64,000 nt of DNA from the NCBI GenBank assembly GCA_965202585.1, contig OZ241826.1, forward strand, positions 30,566,001 through 30,630,000. The letters are read 5' to 3'. The notes beneath the pieces were generated by a model, which saw only the letters and a list, made by a program, of their open reading frames with translations, had not been told where the DNA came from and did no database searches. Made by a program: the position numbers and the translations under genes. The stretch comes from Thalia democratica (lineage: Eukaryota). Shown piece by piece: positions 12,379 to 23,760 of this stretch. How positions within the stretch are numbered: the stretch's first letter is position 1; each line of letters opens with the position of its first letter.

Positions 12379-15319
12379 TTTAACTAACAGTAATGTTAAA
12401 ACAAAAAAAATAAAGTGTTCATGATTTTTTGAACAGAAATATCCTATTATTTTGAAAACATTTAAATATCTACAGCTCTAAGTGCTACCTACACTTTCCA
12501 CAACTAACACTGCTTATGGTTTAATTACCTATTATATTTTCTACCTGGATTAGTTAACTATTATCTACTAAATTCTATGCTGTAATACAGTGTTCAGTAA
12601 ACATTTAGTGATTTGCTCATAAAGGCTTTAAAAATTTACACTTGGCTGAGCAATTTCTATGATTCGAAATTTTAAATAAGCAGGGCTATAAATTTATTTT
12701 TGTAAAAAACATTAAATAACTCGTATTTCTTGAAAGTAGTTGCAGTGAATTAGTGGTTTAAACTTAAACTACGTTATTAAATTTCAAGAAAATGTTCAAT
12801 TAAACCAAAGTGAACTAACATCTTTGTGAATTCAGGTTATATATTTTTACAAATAACAAATTATTAAAAATTATCAAAATTTAGTTCATAAGAACCTAAA
12901 ACTCCATGCTCGAGTAATCAAGCAGCAAGGAAACTATGTGTAATTAAAAAAACTACAAAAAAAAAGAACTAAAATCTAACAAAAAATGTAAAAAAAACTA
13001 ATTGATAATATAGACAAATAATAAAATTGTTGTAAATCACTTACAATATTTAAATTATTAACATGTTTTAAAAACTAATTTATCTATACGTGAACTTAAT
13101 TACAACAAAAAAAACTAAAGTAAAAATTATGAATTGATAATTTTTCTAATAAGCATTTTTCTATTACAGTTCATTTTTTATTGGTTTTTAAGTTTAAACT
13201 TTAAAATTTTTAAGTACAAAAATGTCTATACCAGTAATTTCACTTATTATTTTCTTTGTTTAGCAGTGTTATTATTTTTTTCACTATCACATCAATCATC
13301 AAACAAATTCACAAAACAGTAATCATCACAATAGTTAAAAACCTTTTAACATTTTACAAACTAGCTAAAGATTATAAATAAACAAGCAAAAACCTCTTAT
13401 GATTAAGAATTTCTTTTTGCAAAACAGTTAATTAAAAATAACTATATTCTATCGTTTGATAAGCAGTATATATAAACGGGTGTTTTGAAGAATATAACTA
13501 AAAATATATAACTAAATTGTCTCCGATTACAATTTGGAAATTTATCCACAAAATATTTTTTTCAACGTAGCTTCTTGGTTAAATACATTATAAAAACTTT
13601 TAGTATTATTTTCCTAAACTAACAGGGTTGCCAGAACGCTGTTATTTCTTTGTTAACTGAATAGTGAGCACTTTAAAAAGCCTTGCTTTTTTAACTTTTA
13701 ATGTCAAGCTTGAATTAATCTTTTTTAACAAAAAAATCCAATGTTGATCTTACTGTAATAGCACTACTGAATTCTGCACAAAAAGTAGGTAAGTAGTAAG
13801 CTAATTAAAAAAATATGTACACTTTTTAAAATTTAAGCAAGTGTTTGATGGAAGTTTAAAAGCTACACATACTGTCAGTTTTCTAATTATTAAATATTGG
13901 TTTTATATTATAGTACATTAGGAAAGAGTTTTACTAGCTATGTACACTAGTGGTTTAAGATGTAATCGATAAAAATGTTCGAGCTTAAACTTTTTGATGG
14001 GTTCTTTATAAAAAAAAGTTTAAATGTAGAATAAATTTTGTAAACTTCGATACGCTTAATTTTTTATTGAATACTCTTAGATTTTTGAATGTGTTTAAAT
14101 TTGCAAACCGTCGAAAAACTATTAACTGGTTTTAATTGTTTTTCTGTTTAATAATGTTGAAACGAAAAACTATGAAAATTATGTTGAAGCTGAACAAGCT
14201 ACTAAAGTTATATTACAAAATTTGTTAACGACTGTTTACTTCACAAACTGTGTGAAATACATACAATACAGATTATATATTAAATAAACAGGTTTTAAAT
14301 TTTTTAAAAAGGTAGCTGTAAACATAAATACTAAATTATTAGAGTAATGTTTATAAAGCAGTTATTATTTATCTCAAATAAACCACAAGTAAACTAAATT
14401 AAACTGTTTACTCTAAATACATACAATAAAGTATATCATTACAAGAAAAACAACTTAAACTAATTTCATAACGTAGCTTAAAAAGTTTACGATAAATTGA
14501 CAAAAAAATAAGGAAAGTATTGATAAACAAATTAACCACTTGTTTTGAATAAATACACAAAAATGGTTATTAGTATAAAATTCAAACTATTTCGTATAAA
14601 AACTAATTTAGTTACAGTTTTTTCAAGTTTAAGAAAAAAATCTAAAATTAAAGAGTATTTTTATACATATATTTTACAGATTTTAATCATTGTTTATAAT
14701 TTGATGTTAGTATTAAACAAATACTACTCACACACATAGTGAGTCTACTAACATAGTAAAACTTACTAAAAAAAGTAAAAGATTAAGATATTAATCGAAC
14801 AAAAGAAAAGTTCATCACGTTTAAAGCTTTTTGTTTTTTTTAAACGTAATAACTTAAAATAGCTTATGCAGCAGTTGTTTGGTTAGAGTTACTTATTTTA
14901 CAGTTTTAAAATAAAGTTTTTGAAAAATTTAATAAACTACTTGAATAAAAAGGTTACAGATAAAACTTGAAATTAGTTTTTGTTTGTCAAGTTTTGTGCA
15001 TCATCTTATTTAAAATAGATTAATAGAAACAAGTTTGACTAAATGCTTCCTAGCTTTTAAATGTACATTACAAACGCGTACGGTGAAAAATCAAGTAAAA
15101 ACCTCATGTATAATGATAAACTTTTAAGCACCAGTGTTCGGCAAAATCTAAGAGAAGCAAAAATTTTACGCTGTTTTAGTTGTAGTTCGTTGCTTACTTA
15201 AACATTTAAAAGTGTTAACTAAACTTTACTTTTATATACAATTGAAATTGTATTCTAACTACTTTATGCAACTTTTATTAACTACTCTTAAACAACTAAA
15301 ACCATGTTGTAATTAAAAA

Positions 15320-15882
15320 CTAAAAAAAAAGTATTTTAGAATAAAAACTTATTTCAATAGAACTGTTGTTGTTGTTTCTTCTTCTTTTAAGAACATACAA
15401 GGTAAGAATTGTTATTAACACCATAAGAAACAGTACCGCTAAAACTACTAGACAAATAACAAGTGTTTTGTTGTTTGATGTGTTCATGATTTGTGTTATG
15501 GCAGTCATTGTAGTATAATTATCACTTAAATTTTTTTTCTCACACAGACTTTCAGTTTTCAATGCATAATACATATTGCTTTCACATATTTCTTGAATAA
15601 TCACAGAATTGAAAGGTTTCCTTAGCAATTCATAGCATTCAGATGTTGAATTTAGTTTAACTTTGTTATTAAAAAGCTTGAGATTACTAAAATTAAAATC
15701 AAAATACTTTTTTTTCACAAAATCAACTTCTTTTTCTGACAAAATAGCTAGTTTGTAACCTTGGTCTAAATAAGAAACTTTAGCTTCATTTAAGTGTTTC
15801 TTTTCTTTTAATCACAAGATAGGCTTTCGAGCCATATTTAAATTTAATGAAATCCGACATACTTGTAGCTCTTACTATGTTC
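15320..15882 (-). pseudogene. Degenerate C-type lectin-like domain + C-terminal transmembrane helix (type I receptor-like exon), frameshifted
   Basis: Acceptor TAACAG at 15883-15888. The exon reads FKYGSKAYLVIKRKETL, then after a 1-nt frameshift near 15790 NEAKVSYLDQGYKLAILSEKEVDFV (CTL helix-1 Cys replaced by Tyr), ECY...EICE, and TM segment LVICLVVLAVLFLMVLITILTLYVL followed by KRRR. Confidence 0.5.
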
Positions 15883-18235
15883 CTGTTATAAAAATTTAAT
15901 TCTTTACTCAAGCTTTTGATTTTAATTATCAATACTTAGAACTTATATAGCAGGGTAATTTATTTTAAACCTTGAGTAAGTTACTAAAGTGCAATAAAAC
16001 AACAGTCAAAATTGCACTTTTATTCTACAATATTAAAAGGCTAATACAACTAGTGTAGCTAAACTTCTATATTATAATTTTTGTCTTAATATTAAAAAGT
16101 ATTGGCAATAATTGCCTAAACTTTGAATTAATTGTTAGTTAAAGAATAAAAATAAAATTTATTGTGACTATTACACAAAGCTATATGTTGTGTTAAAACT
16201 TAAAAAAAATTCAACTCAAACAATTTTTTAGCACTTTTTTATCTTACGCTTTTCTTAATAACAATAAATATTTTGTGTTGTTTATAGAAAACAAAGTTGC
16301 GATGTTAAAGTATTATACACTAACTTTTTAAAACGATTTTTTTTTAATTTCAAAATACATTAACCAAAAATATGATTTAAATATTAATTAAAAATATAAC
16401 TACATAATAATCTTAAACATAAAACAGCAACTAAATAAGTAATTATTTTTAATAATAAAGAAAATCAGCAATAAACTGTTATACTTAATTAAAAAGTTTC
16501 TGTGAGTTTTTTTGTTAAAATTATAATTAATGTTAAATATGTAGCGTCATTTAGCGGTTATAGAAAAAATTTCAAGTTTTCATACCTATTTTGATGTACA
16601 TTTTTTAAAATATTAAAATGCATAACAACTTAAAATATATATAAAAAATAAATGTTGATAGTAATTCTTTTGTTAGATTAAATTTTAATTTAATTTTTTT
16701 ATTATAAAATAGTAAAATATAAAACACCCTTCAACGATAGCTGTGGTTTACAAAATTATTTTTCTTTACAATTTTTATTCTCAATTACAATTGCTAACTA
16801 TATATGTTTATTACTTAATTTATACTTAAAGTATTTCTTATTTATTTCCGTTTAAAATCATTAAAAACACTTGCTATTTTAATTCTTCAATTTTTAATTT
16901 TTAAATTTTCAAAACGTGCGAGTATATATTCAAAAAAAAAACCTGAACTAATTAATTAAATCTAGTTGTTTAGCAACCTTAGTCTAAGCAAAAAACCAGT
17001 AGACATTCTCTTAAATCATAAACTATTTCAAAACACAATTCAATGTTTTAGTTACAAGTACTCGAAATTTGTTTCAAATTTGTGTTTAATGTTAACAAAA
17101 CCTTAAGCAATAAATTAATCTTACTATTTACATATCAAAAAACCTAGTCATAGTTTTTTTTACTTTGTGTTAGATAAAAAGATACATATAAGGTTAACAT
17201 TTGCTGTGAATACCAACTACTTCTTATAAAAAGTTTACATATATACAATTCTAATATATTTTTAGTTTATAATAGCAATGATATTTTTAGTAAACAAACT
17301 GTTAAAGTTAGTGGCAGCTTTCCGACTTTTCAGCTTTTTTGATACATAAAACAAATTTTTTTATACTTTTACATATTAAACTATTTGTATATGAACTAGA
17401 TAAAAAATGTTTGTATATTCTAGTTTACATGCAACTGCTAATAAAAGTTAAATTTAGCTTTTAAAAAGAAAGTAGCCAAGGTTTTGAATTTATAACTTAA
17501 AACAAAATGAATGAAACTGGCAAATACAAAACATAGAGCAAACTAAATGGTTATTGTTTGAATTATACTTCAATATACATAATAAAATAAAATTGATGAT
17601 AAACAAATAACATTAAATAACTTGTTCAGCTTTTAAGCATTTTAATACATTTTACAACTATAGTAATATATTTAAAAAACTTGTTAGTTAAGTTTTTTTA
17701 GGATTAGAAATTCAACTATTTTAGATATATTTATTTTATTCTTGCAAAATATAATCTCTATTCTTAACCACAATTACATATGAATATAGTATAAACACGT
17801 ATAAACCTTAGATTTAGCAACTAGTAAATAAGATATTTACTTTTTTTAGTAATTTTATTGATAAACTTATATGATTAAAAGCTTAAGTACATGGCTGATA
17901 AGTTTTGTTCCAAACAAATATTTTAACAGGTATGAATATTTTGATAAATTCTTAGGGGATTCTTTAAAGTTTTGGTTTTTAAATAATAGCATTCATTTTT
18001 GCTTTGAAACATTTATATCAAAACAATCTTAAACCTATTTTAGTGTGATTTGTGACCAGTGTGTATTTTTGATGAGATTTAGAAAAAAAAAATTAATGTA
18101 GTTAATAAATTTATTTTTTAAAACAAAAAATACCTTGCTTAATTGGTGAATAACGTTTTAGTTTAACTAGTTTGATTATTTTAATTTAAGACAACTTTTG
18201 TGACAGGAAGTTTATTACACAACTGTAAATAATAT

Positions 18236-18729
18236 TTAGTTACAAGTTGTATTGTTAGTAGACGGGTTTAAACAAATAAACTCATTTACTATTGGATAGC
18301 AAGGTCCGTTGTAGTTAGTGTGCATTCCTCTTACGCTTTCTGGATAAGTACCAAAGTAAGTATTCCAGCAAGCAGGTAGTTTACCTTTGCTATTGAAAAC
18401 GTAATGAAATGAACCGTGAACTTCTTCGTCATAAACAACACCGTTTGTGAACCATCTCGTTTCGGGATCGATCATTTCCAATCCAACAAAATAGCTTCTT
18501 CCAATTCCAATATTTGTACAACCGCTGGCAAACTTGTGCAGGGCTTCCAAGTCAGCCCTGTTCGTTATTGGAGCTAAAATTCCGCCTTCCTTTTTGCAAA
18601 ACTTTTTTGCTTCTTTTCTTGTCACCATCTTTTCCGGGTAAAAAGTAAACTTACCACTAGTAGTTGTAACTGATGTGTCATCACAGTGTTTGTTTGCAGT
18701 CCATTTAATACGAACACCCATTCTTATTG
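18236..18729 (-). CDS. C-type lectin domain protein (single CTLD exon; upstream exon or trans-splice leader not located)
   Basis: ORF 18236-18721 has EAKKFC..GGILAPI, YFVGL, PAC and GPC..EFIC, matching the CTLD cysteine pattern. Acceptor TTTTTCAG lies 8 nt before the ATG. No EPN/QPD sugar motif is visible. Confidence 0.85.
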
Positions 18730-21700
18730 CTGAAAAAAATTATAGGTACTAAATTTTTTGTAGTAAAATTTTTTTATTTAGTGAATATTTTCGTGTTTAT
18801 AATTTTGTTTTAAGCTTTTTAATATTTTACTTCAATGTTTAATATTTTGTTCTATAAATGAAAAACAATATATAAAGTTTGTTTAACTTAAGCAACAACA
18901 CTTTTATTAAACAAATATACAAACTAAACAAACTAGTTAAGCATTATTATGATACTTATCAATTTTTACTGTCCGTTGTTTTTTATACATTATACAATTT
19001 ATTTTCTAAACTTTTTCTAAGTTCTAAATTTCTAAGCCAGCAAAATATTTCCAAATCAATTATATTTAATTTGAAGATATAATTTTTAAAGTTAAAAAAC
19101 TATTTTAAATAGTTTTAAATTTGGCAATTTAACGTGTATTACGATTAAATAAAGACCATAGCAGTTAAACAAAAGTCTAATGTAAAAAATAAAAAAAAAT
19201 TCAGTAACAAAGTTACTAACATTAAAGTTAAGGATTTACTACAATAAATTGACCATAGACAAGTTTATGTTATTAAATATGTTTTTTTGTAACTTAACTT
19301 GTTGAGAAACAAAATAGAAAGTTTTTCTTTTTAATCAGGCGGTTATAACTTTACTGATTTTATGTTAAAAACCGGTGTTTTTCAAAGTTTGCGCATAATC
19401 TTAGTTTATTTTGTATTTTGTTTTAAAGATTGATATTGCTAATTAAGTTTGTTTTTAATTATTTTTTCGAGTGCCTAAATAGCACCAATGTATTTTCTAG
19501 TTAATTTAATAGTTACTATTTATTATATTTTTAAAGTAAATTTAAGAAAAAAATGTTTAACCTATAAAACTAAGTTTTATGGTACTTGCTGTAGAATACT
19601 GAAACCTTCGTAATACTAATGTACTAAATCATTTGTATAAACAGTCTAATATTTGTCTTAACATTCCATTTTTTTATACAAATAATTAATTTAAAAATTT
19701 TACAATATTTAAAGCTTTCTTATCACATATAACTTTTTTATGAAAAGCTGATTATATCAAACATATTTAAAAAGGTAAAAGTTCTTTGTTTTAAGTTTTC
19801 TTTCGTTAGAATGAAAACAACTAACTTTAAAAAATAGTTAGTAACATACATTTGTTTTTAGGTTAAACTCAAAGTTTTTTTTTCACCAGTTGTCTAATAG
19901 TTGCCAAATAGCCTACGTTTGTGCTAAGCGGCTAAATTTTCGTTTTTTAAAAAATGGACAAAGTAATTTATATCAAAAAATTTAAGTCAAGTTATTTTTT
20001 AAGTACACAGTCTAAAAAAAATTATAGTAACATAAAATTTTTATGTATACAGCACATAAATACAGCTTAATAAATATTCTCACCCTTTTTCAAAAATTCT
20101 CAATTAACATATAAATAGTTTGTATTTTTGTTTAACATACTCAACAAGTATTTCTTACATAATAAATTAAACTCTATGCACAATATATCCGATTAACTTA
20201 ACACTCTAATCACTTGATAAAGTTAAAAGCATTTGGAACTATATATATATTACTTTTGACAGTGAAAGACAATGAATTTAATCCTTTTTTATTAAAATTA
20301 ACGTAAAAAAAAATTAAACAAAGGACCGGATTAAGGTTAATCTTGAGCTTTTTTTGATACAGTTGTATTAAAATAAAAAGTTTTGTGTTAAAGCTAAATC
20401 CTTGAGTGGTAAAAAGTGACACTAAGATTATGAGCAATTAGTATTATTACTTGAAATGCTGTTCAAATACTTAATACACTAAATAAAATAAATTAATATG
20501 AGTTACTAAGATTAGTTTATTATTTTTTAGTAAGTAGTTAGTTTATAATGATATAATCAAAAATGAACTTACTGTTTTAAAGATTTAGTTTAATAAAAAT
20601 GTAATTAACGTTAAAATATATTTAAAAAGTTTTTATTAGTTTTGTTTTGAAATATTTAGTATAAACTAGGTTTGTGTAAAACAACTTGTATTTTATTATA
20701 ATTTCTATTAAGCAAACTTTAAAAGATAGTTCAGTATAAAAGTTTTTGATAAATAGTTGTACTTCTTTCAAACAGCAATCAAATATTGTTTAAAAAGTTT
20801 GTACTTTCATTTTAAAATAAGTTTTAATCTTTTTTCTTCGGTTGTTACTCATTTATAGTTGATTGATTAAATCAATAATTTTTAACTTTAATTTTGTATT
20901 TGAAACATTTGTAGTAAACCTTTAAAATTATAAACAGAAATAAATTGAAAATTTTCTCAAGTTGTATCTACATTAAAAAAAACTAAAACAAACATCAAAT
21001 TTTAAAAACGTTACTTTGAAGAAAAAATTATAAAAGTAGTCTAAATTTTATTTTAGGTTTATTTAATGAACATTTTAAATATAATTTTTCAGCAACAGTT
21101 GAAAAAAAAGCTTTGCAAATTAAATAGTTCTGCAAATGTTTTTATTTTTAGTTTATACTGCCCTAAAAGTTATTTCTTGTAAACCTGGCTTAACAACTAG
21201 AAAATTCCCGACAAAGTTAATGCAATACTCTTGAATAACAAGCAACTTGAAGTTTTTAATCTTCAAATCAATAATTTTTCATTTAAACAAATTAGTTTAT
21301 CGTTTATATGCAGTAAAGCTTCGTGAAAAAAAAAGTTTTAATACACACAGCAGGCACGTAGCTTGCTACTTTTTGCATATCTACAGAAACGTAAACATTT
21401 TTATTAATTGTTTTTTTAAATTATACCAACACTTTTACTCCTAACCCTTACCTCATTATCGTCATTAAGTTATTATTGATTTCTGAAAATGTTTACAAAG
21501 TCGGTTGTTATAATTTGCCTATATATCATACTCTTTGTATATTTAATTAAACATTTATACCTTCAAAGATAAATTTTATATGCTTAGGTTTTTTATATTA
21601 AAGTGATTTAAGAGATATAAAAAAGAACAGATGTAAGAAGTATGAATTTAATTATTTATTATAATTATTAATTATAAATTAAATTACCTATTTGATTTTG

Positions 21701-23126
21701 TTTATTTTTTCGGTTTGTTTAATATAAATATATAAAAAACATGTATATTTTAGTTTTTCTTTTTACAATTTAAATAAATTTTACGTTTCCGATATATTAA
21801 AGTACCACGAAAACACTCTGCTACTATTTACACTTATCTAAGTTTAACCTAAAAAACCATTTAATAATCAAGGTACTTTGCGAACAAGCACGGGATATAT
21901 ATTTTAAAAGCATATATTTAGTAATTATTATACTCAATAAAGGTAATAAATTATTTTGCACAAATTAGCATACAATATTAAAAAAATATTTTTTTGCCGA
22001 AAAATACATTAAAATTACCCTAAAAATCTTATTTCTTAAATGTTTATTAACTAAATTCAACTAAAAAAAGTTCGTTTGAAAAAAGTATCTATTTAAAATT
22101 TAAAATCAATTGTACCACATAAAAGATAGTTTGTCTAATATGAAAGTCAAATCTTTAAAAATATCGGCGAAAGCCTGCAGAGCAGAAGCTTGGACTTTCG
22201 TATGCCGTGAGACAAGCTCAAGTTTAACAAAAGGGTTGATTATACCAATTCGATTATCTGACCACAAGCTTAAATTAAACCTTAAAAAATATTTATATAT
22301 ATTTATAAAAAAACCTAAAAGAAAAATTTTTAAATTTAAATTACTTTAAGTCTATTTTTGCCCAGAAAATACTAAAAATATTAAAAAAAAAATAGTTTAA
22401 AAAAAGTTTCCGTGGAATTAAAATATTCAAAATTCTTATTTCAAACTGAAAAAAAAGACATTGGGTACACTGCACTGTACAGTACCACAAATATTGAAAT
22501 ACCTGTACAAAACAAAAACCATAATCAAAGTGCAACTTATACTAAAAATGTAGAATTACAAAAACTTATAAATATTCTTATAAAACAAATATCAACAAAC
22601 TGCGGCTCGCGAGGTACTTTTCAGCATAAAACAAAGCCTTTAAAAACAATAATAAGAACGTTTTTTCTAGAACAACTAAGTTTTTAATTTAAGTTTTTTA
22701 ATTACAAGTCATCTACTGGCAGCTATGTTTTATGTTACTAAATACAACTTTATACTTAAAGTTTTACTTCAAAACTCACCAAGTTTAAAACCATAAGTAA
22801 AAAGTTTTCAAGTACTATAGCAAGAACATTTCTAAATATCAAAGTTTCAAACTATATATAATAGTTTTTATGACTTGTGAAAACTTACAATTTATATCAA
22901 GAATATTTCTTTAAAAAAAAAATTTAAACAGTATGTAAATGCTATATCTAGTATACAATATTTCTAGTCAATTTCTAGTAAACTTGAATAATATTTTACT
23001 CTATTTTATCTGAAAAGTCTTTTTTTTAAATTTATCTCAATATATCTATGTAAGTTTCTATGTAAAATTAAAAATAAAACTTTTAGGAATTAAAAAAATA
23101 TGTTAGAAATTTATAGTTTTTTACTT

Positions 23127-23148
23127 TATCAGCTCAATTGACGTAAAC
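23127..23148 (-). promoter_or_regulatory. Conserved 22-nt element 3' of EYA genes (plus-strand TATCAGCTYAATTGACGTAAAC; also 39019-39040 and 53110-53131)
   Basis: Only one mismatch among the three copies, within otherwise strongly diverged 3' sequence. Confidence 0.45.
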
Positions 23149-23411
23149 TTTGAAGAAATAAAGGCAGTTTTTACATCTAGAAAAGAAAGTCAAGGAAAAA
23201 GATCAAGTACATTTATTAATTTAACTTGAAACAGGCAAATAATAATAAGAACTTTAGATCAACGAATTTTTCGAATATAAAAACGCAGTGTTTATATGAG
23301 GAGGTTTAAACAATAAAATAAAGAGCAGCATTCAACTGGAATGTTTTATATTTATTAAGAAAAAATAAGACAATATACTAAAAGCAATTAATAGATCGTT
23401 AATAAAATAAT

Positions 23412-23489
23412 CTAATAAATGTCGTTTTCCACAAAATTTTTGAAAAGCTTCAAGTGCTCAATCTTTAATTTTTATTCCTAAGTTATGCT
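23412..23489 (-). pseudogene. Dead duplicate terminal exon downstream of EYA-A, orthologous to the last exon used by B/C
   Basis: Reads SIT*E*KLKIEHLKLFKNFVENDIY* vs SITTFVPIHKMGDLKLFKSFLETNIY* in B; the acceptor AG is lost and there are two stops. Confidence 0.75.
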
Positions 23490-23760
23490 TTAATTTAAAT
23501 ACTGTAACAAATCACAAATAAAAATGATAAAGCTAAAGTGACAAACCATGAAACAGTTTCAGATATAAAAATATAAAAGTCATAAAACGTCATAAAAAGA
23601 ATCTTCCGTCAACGAATTTTACAATTATTAAGACATACTATTTTCAAATTATGTTTTGGAAATAGAGCTTTTTATTTGACTAACTAAACTAACAAATTTC
23701 AGAAAATTTCAAAGTAATAATTGGAAGATAGAGGGTGTTTTTCAAAGAAAGTAAAATATT

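Noticed and set aside
20210-20437. Signal-peptide-like ORF as the lectin's first exon
   Set aside because: It starts at TTG after stops, with no ATG and no phase-1 donor identified.
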